From Arcobacteraceae bacterium (GTDB taxonomy: Bacteria > Campylobacterota > Campylobacteria > Campylobacterales > Arcobacteraceae), in the NCBI GenBank assembly GCA_041694355.1, contig JASMTK010000012.1:11201-75200 (forward strand): a stretch of 64,000 nucleotides of DNA, read 5' to 3'. Below the pieces are notes generated by a model. The model saw only the letters and a program-made list of their open reading frames with translations. It did no database searches and was not told the origin of the DNA. The stretch's first letter is position 1, and each line of letters opens with the position of its first letter. Position numbers and translations under genes: made by a program. Shown piece after piece: positions 18,667 through 28,441 of this stretch.

Positions 18667-19438
18667 AAAAGTTACAAACCTAACAATAAATGAACTTTTA
18701 AACAATGAAATAATAATGCCATCAGTATATTTTGAAAGGTTCAATAAAAATGCTAGAACTTTAAATGTAAATTTAGAAGATAAAAACTTCAATAAAGAGT
18801 TGAATCAAACTTTAATAGATGATTTTAACTCTATTGAAAGTTACATCTCTACTATTAAAGATGGAGCAAGTGATATTAAAAAAGCTGCAAATGAGACAAA
18901 AATAGCTTTAGAAAACAATGATACAGATACACTAACTGCAATATATAAACAAATGGACAGCTTAGAAAAAGAGATAGAGGATTTAAATCACAAAATATTG
19001 CTTGATGATTTAACAAATGTTTATAATAGAAAATGGCTATATAATAGCTTTTTAGATAAAGACTCAAGGTTTCAATCAAGTGGACTAGTAAGTATTATTG
19101 ATATGGTTGATTATAACTATGTAAATAAAGAGTATGGTGAATTAATAGCAAATAATCTATTGATTTTTATTACAAATTTTATAAAAAACCACCTTGAAGA
19201 TGAAAAATGTAAATTTAAAATGGCTAGATTTTTAACTGAAAAATTCTTTATTTTTATAGAGGGTGAAGATAAAAAAGCTGTTAAAAGTATTATTAACAAT
19301 ATCAAAAGACTTTTAGAAAATAGTACACTAAAAAGTAAATCAGGACTTATTATAAAAGCTAATTTTGAATTTCATATTGAAGCATACAAAAATAATCAAG
19401 ACTCAAAAGAGTTATTTGAAACTCTTTTAAATCAATAA
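18650..19438 (+). CDS. Coiled-coil plus degenerate GGDEF-like protein
   Basis: DDLTNVYNRK; IIDM...VNKEYG; signature reads ARFLTEKF; overlaps the EAL gene by 17 nt. Confidence 0.72.
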   Translation: MKKELRKVTNLTINELLNNEIIMPSVYFERFNKNARTLNVNLEDKNFNKELNQTLIDDFNSIESYISTIKDGASDIKKAANETKIALENNDTDTLTAIYKQMDSLEKEIEDLNHKILLDDLTNVYNRKWLYNSFLDKDSRFQSSGLVSIIDMVDYNYVNKEYGELIANNLLIFITNFIKNHLEDEKCKFKMARFLTEKFFIFIEGEDKKAVKSIINNIKRLLENSTLKSKSGLIIKANFEFHIEAYKNNQDSKELFETLLNQ

Positions 19439-20343
19439 AAACTACTATAAAACTCTCTTGTAAGTTCTTGGGCTTCTTGTAAACTTATAGGTTTAAATAG
19501 TACTTGTGTTTTTGGTTTTGCTTGGGCAAGTTTAAAACAATCAATTCCTAAAACACTACCTATTTTTGGATAACCTCCAATAGTTTGTCTATCTTTTAAC
19601 AAAATTATTGGTTGTCCATCACTTGGAATTTGTATAGCACCAAAGCTAATTCCTTCTGAAACTATGCCATTAATATCACAACTTATTGCTTCACCTTTTA
19701 GTTTACATCCCATTCTATTAAATTCATTTGTAATTTCATAAGAAGAAGAGAAAAACTTATCTTTTTGCTCTTTAGAAAACTTATCTTCTTGATAAGCAAG
19801 AATTACTCTTAACTCTAGTTTATCACTGTAAGTTGGAAGATATTTAGACTTTAATCTTGACGTGTGATAATGAAACTGCTCCTTAAAAGGTAAAATCTGC
19901 CCTTTTTTAAGCCTATCTCCATCTATTCCACCAAGGGACTCTTTTAGGGTTGTTGAGTTACTTTTAAACTCTTTTTGAATATCAAACCCCTCTTTTACAG
20001 CTAGATATACCCTAAGACCAGCTTTTATTTTCCCAATTTTTAATAAATCACCTTTTTTAATATTAAAAGTTCGCCAAATTTGTTTTTCTTGATTATTTAT
20101 AAAAAACTCACAATTAGCACCTGTAATAGCTATTTGTGTAGAGGCTAAAGCTTTAAACTCCACATTTGAAAAAGCAATCTCTATAATATTTGTATCTAAA
20201 CTATTATTTAGAAGTAAATTTGCGATATTGTAAGCATACTCATCCATTACTCCTGAGTTTGTAACTCCAATATTACTAAAACCAAATCTACCTTTATCTT
20301 GTATTGTGGCAAAAATAGGATTGTTTAATATTTCTAAACTCAT
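19432..20343 (-). CDS. pxpC: 5-oxoprolinase subunit C
   Basis: TIQDKGRFG; GVMDEYA; NRMGCKL; QTIGGYPKI. Confidence 0.9.
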   Translation of the reverse strand: MSLEILNNPIFATIQDKGRFGFSNIGVTNSGVMDEYAYNIANLLLNNSLDTNIIEIAFSNVEFKALASTQIAITGANCEFFINNQEKQIWRTFNIKKGDLLKIGKIKAGLRVYLAVKEGFDIQKEFKSNSTTLKESLGGIDGDRLKKGQILPFKEQFHYHTSRLKSKYLPTYSDKLELRVILAYQEDKFSKEQKDKFFSSSYEITNEFNRMGCKLKGEAISCDINGIVSEGISFGAIQIPSDGQPIILLKDRQTIGGYPKIGSVLGIDCFKLAQAKPKTQVLFKPISLQEAQELTREFYSSFY

Positions 20344-21014
20344 ATTTGACCACCTTGATTTAAAAACTCTTGCTTTGTAATAGGATTAAATTTTACTTTA
20401 TCACCAACTTTTAAAGGGGATAAACTCTCTAAATTTTTATCAAAAAAGTTAAATGCACTTCTACCTATAATATTCCAACCACCTGGACTAGCTTGTGGAT
20501 AAACTGCTGTTTGTGTATCTGCAATAGATACAGAACCTTTAGGTATTTGCTTTCTTGGACTACTTAATCTTGGCATTGCTATTTTTTCATCTACACTAGC
20601 AAGATATGCAAAGCCTGGTAGAAAACCAATTGCATAAACATCATAAAGTTTATTCGAGTGTAGATGTATAATCTCATCAATATTTAAATTTGTTTTATGT
20701 GATATATCATCTAAATCTAGCCCAACATCAACTCCATAATACACATCAACAGTTACAATTTTTTCTTCAAGTTGTTCGCTTTTATCTAAGTTTATAGACT
20801 CTTGTAAATACTTTTTTAAATCTTCAAAATTATACTTTAAAATATCATAGGTAATAAATATTGAGGTATATGAGGGAACTATCTCTATAATTCCCTCATC
20901 ATTTAAAGCTTTGATACAGTGGTATGCTTTTTTTACACTATTTGCTGTCTCTTTTGATATAGTGTCAGAAAAATAGATTATTAATGAATCAACAGATGCA
21001 ACTTTTATTTGCAT
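20340..21014 (-). CDS. pxpB: 5-oxoprolinase subunit B
   Basis: EIVPSYTS; IGFLPGFAYL; YPQASPGGWNIIG. Confidence 0.92.
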   Translation of the reverse strand: MQIKVASVDSLIIYFSDTISKETANSVKKAYHCIKALNDEGIIEIVPSYTSIFITYDILKYNFEDLKKYLQESINLDKSEQLEEKIVTVDVYYGVDVGLDLDDISHKTNLNIDEIIHLHSNKLYDVYAIGFLPGFAYLASVDEKIAMPRLSSPRKQIPKGSVSIADTQTAVYPQASPGGWNIIGRSAFNFFDKNLESLSPLKVGDKVKFNPITKQEFLNQGGQI

Positions 21015-21748
21015 TAATACATTGCCTTTCTTAAAAGCTTGATAAACTCCAATGCCTTGTCATTGTCACCATGAACACAAATAGTATCAACAGCCATAAA
21101 AAGTTTTTTCCCTGTTACACTATATAAATAACCACTATTTTTTAAAGTACCTATTCTCTCTGCAACATCTAGTTCATCATGAATAACAGCATTTTGTCTT
21201 GATCTTGGAACAAGTGTTCCATCATCATTATAGTTTCTATCTGCAAATACTTCATATACAACATTAATACCATATAAAAGTGCAGTATGTTTATAAGCTT
21301 CATTTTTTGGTCCTGATAAAATCATAATTTTTATATTTTTATCAAAATCTGCAATTGCACTTACAATCGCTTTATAAATATTCTCATCTCTCATCATATC
21401 ATTATATAATGCACCGTGAGGTTTAACATATGATATAGCTGTTTTATTTGCTTTACAAAATGCATTTAATGCACCTAATTGATACAGTACAATGGACTTT
21501 ATCTCTTCTAAAGAGCACTGCATAGTTCTTCTACCAAAGCCTACTAAGTCTTGATATGCTGGATGTGCACCTATTGTTACGTTATTTTGTTTTGCTAGTT
21601 TAACTGATTTATTCATAGTTACTGCATCACTTGCGTGGAAGCCACAAGCAAGATTAGCCATATCAATATATGGCATAACTTGCTCATCTAAACCCATCTT
21701 CCAAATACCAAAACTCTCACCCATATCACAGTTTAATCTTATAGTCAT
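21014..21748 (-). CDS. pxpA: 5-oxoprolinase subunit A (LamB/YcsF)
   Basis: LNCDMGESFG; ACGFHA; GAHP; YVKPHGALYN; TICVHGD; start placed at ATG 21748 behind AAGG. Confidence 0.93.
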   Translation of the reverse strand: MTIRLNCDMGESFGIWKMGLDEQVMPYIDMANLACGFHASDAVTMNKSVKLAKQNNVTIGAHPAYQDLVGFGRRTMQCSLEEIKSIVLYQLGALNAFCKANKTAISYVKPHGALYNDMMRDENIYKAIVSAIADFDKNIKIMILSGPKNEAYKHTALLYGINVVYEVFADRNYNDDGTLVPRSRQNAVIHDELDVAERIGTLKNSGYLYSVTGKKLFMAVDTICVHGDNDKALEFIKLLRKAMY

Positions 21749-21808
21749 TTCGTTACCTTGCATTGAAATTCCTTTATTTTACCATAACTAATACTAGATA
21801 TTTATAAT

Positions 21809-23143
21809 CTATTTAATCATCTGATCAGGTAAGAAAAATACAATCTCAGGGAACAATGTAATTAAAACTACAGTTATAATCATCAAAATAAAAAATGGGA
21901 ATGTAGCTTTTAAAATTGTTTGTATTTTTTCATTACTAATGCTTTGAATCACAAATAGTGAAAACCCAACAGGAGGTGTGATTTGTGCCATCTCAACCAT
22001 AAATACTAAAAATACACCAAACCACAATGGATCAAAACCTGCTAAAACAACTATAGGTAATACAATAGGAAGGGTCATAACAACAATAGAAATTGCCTCT
22101 AATATCATTCCTAGAATGATATACATAATACCAATAAGTAAAATCAACATCATTGGAGTTAAGCCTAAACCTGTTATAAACTCACTCATAGCTCTTGCAA
22201 TTCCTAAAAATCCAATAACTTGTGATAAAAACACTGCTCCTGCTATAATAAACCCAATCATTGCAGATGTTTTTACAGAGTTAAAAAGTGCATTTTTTAA
22301 AATCTCTAAAGAGATTGATTTAAAGTATGTAGCTAAAATCAAACTTCCAAGTACACCTAAAGCAGCTGCTTCAGTTGGTGTAGCAAACCCACCATAAATA
22401 GAACCTAAAACTAAACCTATTAATGAAAATATAGGAGCTAAATCTTTAAAAGAGTTAAGCTTATCTTTAAAGGTAAAAGTCTCTTTTTCTTGTGGTAAAA
22501 TAGATGGATCTACTTTTGCTTTATACATAATATAAAATGAATACAATGAGGCTAAAAGCAGTCCAGGAATAAGACCAGCTACAAAAAGTTTACCAATAGA
22601 AACGTCAGATAAAACTCCATAAATAATCATAATTAGTGAGGGTGGAATCAAATAACCTAAAGTACCCGAACCAGCTAATGAACCCATTGCTAAATACTTT
22701 GAGTAACCTCTTGATTTTAACTCATCTAATGTGATTTTACCAACAGTTGCAGTCGTAGCAGCACTTGAACCTGATACAGCAGCAAATAGTGAACAAGCAG
22801 CAACATTTACGTGAAGTAGTCCACCTGGGATATAAGATAACCAAGGTTTTAAACCATTTAATAATCTAGTTGAAATAGACGACTTATATAAAATCTCACC
22901 CATTAAAATAAACATTGGCAATGCAGCCAATGACCAAGAGTTTAGAGCATCATATAAAGATGAAGCTAATAAATCACCAACCTTATCATATACACTTAAC
23001 ACTGGCGGTAAGTTATGATCAAATAGAAGCATTCCAATAACACCTGTAAGCATTAGTGAAACACCTATCCATAGTGATGATAACAATAAAACGAACATTA
23101 TTGCTATTAAAATAACTGATAGTAGTAATGGATCACTTATCAT
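21809..23143 (-). CDS. dctM: TRAP transporter large permease
   Basis: LPMFILMG; SGSSAATTA; GTLGYLIPPS; TPTEAA; ITPPVG. Confidence 0.92.
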   Translation of the reverse strand: MISDPLLLSVILIAIMFVLLLSSLWIGVSLMLTGVIGMLLFDHNLPPVLSVYDKVGDLLASSLYDALNSWSLAALPMFILMGEILYKSSISTRLLNGLKPWLSYIPGGLLHVNVAACSLFAAVSGSSAATTATVGKITLDELKSRGYSKYLAMGSLAGSGTLGYLIPPSLIMIIYGVLSDVSIGKLFVAGLIPGLLLASLYSFYIMYKAKVDPSILPQEKETFTFKDKLNSFKDLAPIFSLIGLVLGSIYGGFATPTEAAALGVLGSLILATYFKSISLEILKNALFNSVKTSAMIGFIIAGAVFLSQVIGFLGIARAMSEFITGLGLTPMMLILLIGIMYIILGMILEAISIVVMTLPIVLPIVVLAGFDPLWFGVFLVFMVEMAQITPPVGFSLFVIQSISNEKIQTILKATFPFFILMIITVVLITLFPEIVFFLPDQMIK

Positions 23144-23621
23144 CAGAAAATCCTTTAAAAATAAAAACTAATATAGCTAGCATAAATAGAATTATTCCTA
23201 TTGGCATAGCTAATTGTGTAAGGTATAATGGTGTTTCAGAAACATTTTCAGATAACATATTTAAATCGTATGAATCATATGTATATAAAATAGTTCTATA
23301 TAAAGTAAAAGCTAAAACTGCTAAAGTAATAATTGCTGCAACAATATCAATCTTTTTGTTAGCTTTTTTTGATAATCTTGAAGTAATTATGTTAATTCTA
23401 ATATGACCATCTTTTGAAAATGTATAACCTAAAGCTAAAAAAATTGAAGCAAGGTATAGATATCCACTATACTCATCGGCAATCATTGTTGATGTATCAA
23501 AAAAAGATCTTAAAAAAATCTCTACTAAGATTAAAACTACTAAAGAAACAATGGCTAATCCACCAAGATAAGCTCCCAGTTTGGTAAGCTTATCTAAAAA
23601 ATTAAAGATAGTATTCATCAA
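23133..23621 (-). CDS. dctQ: TRAP transporter small permease
   Basis: Four TM segments; DGHIRINI motif. Confidence 0.88.
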   Translation of the reverse strand: MMNTIFNFLDKLTKLGAYLGGLAIVSLVVLILVEIFLRSFFDTSTMIADEYSGYLYLASIFLALGYTFSKDGHIRINIITSRLSKKANKKIDIVAAIITLAVLAFTLYRTILYTYDSYDLNMLSENVSETPLYLTQLAMPIGIILFMLAILVFIFKGFSDDK

Positions 23622-23624
23622 GAA

Positions 23625-24581
23625 CTACTTTCTATACTCTTTGAATATATCTTTAATTTGTGAATTTGCATCTTTTAGGTAGTTTTCTAAAAGATTGTTA
23701 GCCATTTTATCTAACTCTTTTTTTAACTCTTTATTTGCTTCACTAACTTTTACACCATTGTCTTTTAATGCTTTTAATGCTACTTTATCTTCTTGTTTTG
23801 CAGCTTCCCATTGTAACTTTTCAATCTCTTTTGAAGCTTTTAATACAGCTTTTTGTTGAGACTTATCTAATGAATTCCAGTAATCTAAGTTGATTGTAAC
23901 TGCTTGTAAAGGATATGCATAATTTATTTTTGTATAGTGACTTAAAACTTCCCAGAATTTCCCATCTTTTCCAGATGCTGATGAAGTTACAACAGAATCA
24001 ACCATACCAGTTCTTAATGAAGAGTAAACCTCAGCCCAAGGTAATGCAACAGCATTTCCACCTGCTTGATTTACAAATGCAGCTGAGTTTTTATCATAAG
24101 TTCTTGTTTTAACACCCTCAAAATCTTCAATAGAGTTAATCTCTTTTTTCGAATAAAAACCTGAAGCTGGCCAAGTTACAGAGTAAAGTAGTTTTTGGTT
24201 CCATTTTGTAGCTGTTTTCTCATAAGCAGGTTTTGCTATTTGATATAATTTATAAGCATCATCATAAGACTTAGCAATAAATGGTAGTGCAGAAATACCA
24301 AATACCTTACCTCCACCAGATGTAAAAGGAATAAACATATCTGTCATTGCAACAGTAGCATCTTTAACTGCTTTTAATGGGTTACCTTTGATTAAAGCAC
24401 TACCAGGGTGTACAGTAATATCTACACTACCATTTGAATAATCTTCAACTAATTTTGCAAATTTTTGAGCACCTTGTGTATGGAAGTTATTTGCACCATA
24501 TTTTGCATTTAAATCCATTTTGATGTTCCCAGCTAATGCAACACTAGCTAATGAAGCAATTAGTAAACTTTTCTTTAACAT
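23625..24581 (-). CDS. dctP: TRAP substrate-binding protein
   Basis: Signal peptide; KTRT (conserved Arg); LPWAEVYSSLRTGMVD. Confidence 0.9.
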   Translation of the reverse strand: MLKKSLLIASLASVALAGNIKMDLNAKYGANNFHTQGAQKFAKLVEDYSNGSVDITVHPGSALIKGNPLKAVKDATVAMTDMFIPFTSGGGKVFGISALPFIAKSYDDAYKLYQIAKPAYEKTATKWNQKLLYSVTWPASGFYSKKEINSIEDFEGVKTRTYDKNSAAFVNQAGGNAVALPWAEVYSSLRTGMVDSVVTSSASGKDGKFWEVLSHYTKINYAYPLQAVTINLDYWNSLDKSQQKAVLKASKEIEKLQWEAAKQEDKVALKALKDNGVKVSEANKELKKELDKMANNLLENYLKDANSQIKDIFKEYRK

Positions 24582-24632
24582 TTCGACTCCTTAGTTATTT
24601 TATATAAGGAATCGTAAAATAATCAAGTGAGT

Positions 24633-25316
24633 TTAAAGTGAGTTTTTAAGTTTGTAACCCTCTTGTGGCTTATTTGTGATAATATCAATAGGTAATCTTT
24701 GACGGAACTCTTTGATAAAGGTTTTAAGTGCTGAAAGACTCATTGACTTATCTCTCCACAAATACTCCTCAATTAAGTCATAAGTCACAACCCTATTCCT
24801 ATTTTTGTGAAGCAAAATTAAAAAATCTTTATCACGTTTCCTCAAAGGTATAATCTCACTTTTGTATATTAATTCATATTGAGTCATATCAAAAAATAGC
24901 TCTTCACTAAAGTTTAAAACCTCATTTAATCTATTTCCAAAAGCTTTGACTATTCCATTTAAAAGTGATTCTGAATTTACAGGTTTTAAGATGTATTGAT
25001 TTATATTTAGATTGATTAAGTCTAAAAGATACTCTTCATTTGAGTATGCAGTAATCATCACAATTAAAGTATCTAAGTCCTCTTCTCTAATATCTTTAAC
25101 CATTGAAATTCCATTTTCATTTGGCATTTCTATATCACTTAAAATTACATCAGGTTTATAATCACAATATAAGTAGTATCCATCTTGTGCATTTGAAGCT
25201 TCATATACCTCTTTAAAGTAGTATTTTAATGTATTTACCAATCTTTTTCTAATACCATCTTCATCTTCAACACAAAGAATAGTAAACTTTTCTAACTGTT
25301 TTATCTCTTTTTCCAT
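24633..25316 (-). CDS. OmpR-family response regulator
   Basis: VEDE; ILSDIEMP; ITAY; LKP; C-terminal winged-helix (GY) region. Confidence 0.9.
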   Translation of the reverse strand: MEKEIKQLEKFTILCVEDEDGIRKRLVNTLKYYFKEVYEASNAQDGYYLYCDYKPDVILSDIEMPNENGISMVKDIREEDLDTLIVMITAYSNEEYLLDLINLNINQYILKPVNSESLLNGIVKAFGNRLNEVLNFSEELFFDMTQYELIYKSEIIPLRKRDKDFLILLHKNRNRVVTYDLIEEYLWRDKSMSLSALKTFIKEFRQRLPIDIITNKPQEGYKLKNSL

Positions 25317-25372
25317 ACTTAAGCCTTATTTTAAATGCAGGTGTATTTTATAAAAATAAGGCTAAGATATGA

Positions 25373-26329
25373 TTAAGTCACTTTTAGAAATTCTAAAAAC
25401 TTTTTTAAATAGTAGTAAGAGATATGTCCTTGCATCTTCTCATACATAATCATATAAGCTTCATATTTATCAAGTTTCTCTTTATATGTTCTTTTTGTAG
25501 TTAGGGCATTAAAAATATCACAAATAGCTAAAATCTTTGCAAACTCATCAATTTCATTTGCTTTTAAACCATAAGGATAACCTGAACCATCACATTTTTC
25601 ATGATGCTGTTCAACAATTTTTATCAATCTTGTATTTGTCTCACCTTGCTCTTTTAAAATATCAACTGAGTGTTTTGGATGAGACTTTACTATTTCAAAC
25701 TCTTCTTTAGTAAGTTTTCCATTTTTACAAATAATATCCTTGCTAACTCTTCTTTTTCCCAAATCATGTAGTAAAGCAGCTTTTCCTAAAGTCTTTAAAT
25801 CTTTTTTAGGAAGCTTTAAATAACATCCAAACCCTAATGCGTATGTTGCAACATCAATACAATGAGTTGAAGTATAATAGTCATAAGATACAACTTTTAG
25901 AAGTGATTTTATTGCTAGTTCGTCTTTTAGAATAAACTCTATTTTAGATGTTAAGATATTATCAACACTTTTTAAGGCCTCAGGAGTAACCTCATCTTCA
26001 AAAAGATTTCGAACAGTCTCCTTTGCTAAATCCTTTATCAAAGTTGCTTTAACTTCTGATGAAAAAGAGTCATTATTGACAATATCTGACATAAGATTTT
26101 CAATATCTGCTTGATATTTAATCTTATCCTTTGTATTTATAAAAACTTGTGTTAACTCTTCTTTTTGATAAAAATCACAAGTGGTTTTATCATACTTTGA
26201 ATTTTTATCAACTAAAACGGTGAAACTTTTATTATTGATTTTTGCATAAATTGGATAATCAAACTCTTCTTTTAACTCTAAGAAGCTTTTTGGTACTCCA
26301 AATACATACTGTTTTGAACTCTCTGCCAT
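25373..26329 (-). CDS. HD-GYP domain protein
   Basis: THCIDV; LLHDLGK; HHEKCDGSGYP; DIFNAL. Confidence 0.88.
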   Translation of the reverse strand: MAESSKQYVFGVPKSFLELKEEFDYPIYAKINNKSFTVLVDKNSKYDKTTCDFYQKEELTQVFINTKDKIKYQADIENLMSDIVNNDSFSSEVKATLIKDLAKETVRNLFEDEVTPEALKSVDNILTSKIEFILKDELAIKSLLKVVSYDYYTSTHCIDVATYALGFGCYLKLPKKDLKTLGKAALLHDLGKRRVSKDIICKNGKLTKEEFEIVKSHPKHSVDILKEQGETNTRLIKIVEQHHEKCDGSGYPYGLKANEIDEFAKILAICDIFNALTTKRTYKEKLDKYEAYMIMYEKMQGHISYYYLKKFLEFLKVT

Positions 26330-26410
26330 AATTAAACTAACACCTCTTTATAATTTTAATATTATAATATTACTAGAAAAAAGTATCACAAAAGTATCAT
26401 TTTATACTTT

Positions 26411-27934
26411 TTAGTCAAAAGGTAAGACAATCAAAAAGCAAGCTCCTATAGAATTATTTTCCACTGAAATTTCTCCATTCATATTCTTTTCTATAATCAT
26501 TTTTGCCATATAAAGTCCTAACCCTGTACCTTTTGAAGCACTTTTTGTAGTAAAGTATGGCTCAAATATCAAATCAATATGTTGAGGATTAACTCCGCCT
26601 GCATTATCTTGTACATAGATCAATGCATTTTTACCCTCTTTGCTAACTTTCACATCAATTTTTGGATTTGAAATATCTCTTTGAATCAATGCATCTTTTG
26701 CATTTGAGATTAGATTTAACATCACTTGGGCAAACTCTCTTTCATATCCATGAATTAAGCTATTAAAACTCACCTTTTTATTTATTTTGATACCAAAACT
26801 TTTCAATGATGCATCTACTAATGTTATGGCTTCATTACAAGCATCATCAATATAAAAATCAACTTTCTTCTTATCAGGTTTAAAAAAGTTTCTAAAATCC
26901 TCAATTGTATTTGACATAAACTGAATCTGCTTATTTGATTCATCAACTGTCTCTTTTATCATTTCACTTGTGACTTTATTGAATTTATTTGCTGTTTCAA
27001 GTTCCATTAATACACCAGAAACCTCACTTAGAGGCTGTCTCCACTGATGAGCAATCATACTAAGCATTGCACCCATTCTAGCTAGTCTTGATTGGTGAAG
27101 CATTGCCCTATCTTTTTTCTTAACCTCTTTAATAGCTTTTTGTACTTTCAACTCTAGGTTTTTGTTTAAATCCTCTAATAAATACTCTTTCTTCTTAACA
27201 CTCATTTGATATTGTGCAAATACTTGCGTGATTTTTTTAGACATTATAAAAGATAGAAATCCAATAAATAAAATCACTAAAAAAGCAATGGTTACAACTA
27301 ACTCAATATGCTTATTAATTCTTTGTTGTAGCTGCTTTTTATTTTCTAAAATTGATTTTTCAATATCATCTATATATAAACCTGCACCTATAACCCAATT
27401 ATACTTTTCATAAAGTCTAAAAAAGCCAAGTTTCTTAGATGCTTTTATCTCATTTGGCTTTTGCCAATAATACTCTATAAAAACACCATCTGGTTTTTTT
27501 ACAGTTTTATCAATAAACTCTTTTGTGATAAAAGTACCCATTGCATCTTTTAAGTCAATATCATAAGTGTTTAAACTATCTTGTCTAAAAGGGTGAGCTC
27601 TTAAATAGTACTTTGTATCGTGTATCCAAATATATCCATGTTTTTCATATCTTATTGTCTCTGTGAATTTTAGTATCTCTTTTTTTAACTCTTTTTGAGA
27701 TAGTTTTTTATTTCTTTTTACATGGTGCTTTATGTAATTTATTATGTAGTTAACTTCTTTTTTCAAGATATTTTTTTGTTTGTTTAAGTATGCTTTCTCA
27801 ACTGCTTTACTCTCTGATTCGAAATAGTTGTTTTGATTTTCAATAAAAAAGTAGATTGTAAAAAAAGCAATAAGTATTACAGTTACAATTGGGGTTAATA
27901 TAATAAGTTTTGGTATATTTTTTTCAGTAAACAA
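26411..27934 (-). CDS. Single-Cache (sCache_2-like) sensor histidine kinase
   Basis: IRYEKHGYIWI...HP...YYWQKP; AHQWRQPL; TTG start 5 nt after AGGAG (the track GTG at 27940 overlaps the SD). Confidence 0.87.
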   Translation of the reverse strand: MFTEKNIPKLIILTPIVTVILIAFFTIYFFIENQNNYFESESKAVEKAYLNKQKNILKKEVNYIINYIKHHVKRNKKLSQKELKKEILKFTETIRYEKHGYIWIHDTKYYLRAHPFRQDSLNTYDIDLKDAMGTFITKEFIDKTVKKPDGVFIEYYWQKPNEIKASKKLGFFRLYEKYNWVIGAGLYIDDIEKSILENKKQLQQRINKHIELVVTIAFLVILFIGFLSFIMSKKITQVFAQYQMSVKKKEYLLEDLNKNLELKVQKAIKEVKKKDRAMLHQSRLARMGAMLSMIAHQWRQPLSEVSGVLMELETANKFNKVTSEMIKETVDESNKQIQFMSNTIEDFRNFFKPDKKKVDFYIDDACNEAITLVDASLKSFGIKINKKVSFNSLIHGYEREFAQVMLNLISNAKDALIQRDISNPKIDVKVSKEGKNALIYVQDNAGGVNPQHIDLIFEPYFTTKSASKGTGLGLYMAKMIIEKNMNGEISVENNSIGACFLIVLPFD

Positions 27935-28003
27935 ACTCACTCCTATAAAAATAGCATTTTATCAAATTAAAATGTGTTATGAGTGAGTTTTAAAACAATT
28001 TTT

Positions 28004-28441
28004 TTAATATTGGTATTTATGGTATTTATTGGCTTCTTTTGCCTTTCTTTGTTCAATTTTTTTATAAGTTTCTATAGCTTTTTGTTTTAACTGTTCATCA
28101 ATATCTTGATTTACATACTCTTTGATTAAAGTATCTAAAACCAAAGCATAAACAATTGAGTTTAATTTCATTGACTCCTCATCTCTCATCAATCTATCTA
28201 AATCTATAGCATAAACTGCCTCTTGAAAAGTGAAAAAAAGTCTTTGTTCTTCTTTGTCTAGTCTGTAAGAATACCCTAAGATTGTTAAAAAGTTCTCTTT
28301 ATACTCTTTGTCAAGTTTTTGTTCTTTTAGTGATTTACTAAATTCTTCAAACTTAATAGCACAACTATTTACTATATCATCAGCTTCCATAATCTTGTTT
28401 TTAAAACTAAATATATAATCAGAAATATCTTTATAAATCAT
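28004..28441 (-). CDS. Hypothetical protein
   Basis: 145-aa ORF coupled to the upstream gene by a TAATG overlap. Confidence 0.6.
   Translation of the reverse strand: MIYKDISDYIFSFKNKIMEADDIVNSCAIKFEEFSKSLKEQKLDKEYKENFLTILGYSYRLDKEEQRLFFTFQEAVYAIDLDRLMRDEESMKLNSIVYALVLDTLIKEYVNQDIDEQLKQKAIETYKKIEQRKAKEANKYHKYQY

Noticed and set aside
26357-26372. Perfect 16-bp palindrome TAATATTATAATATTA as a Fur/PerR-like box
   Set aside because: It contains only A and T in a very AT-rich genome, overlaps a -10 element, and does not match 7-1-7 spacing
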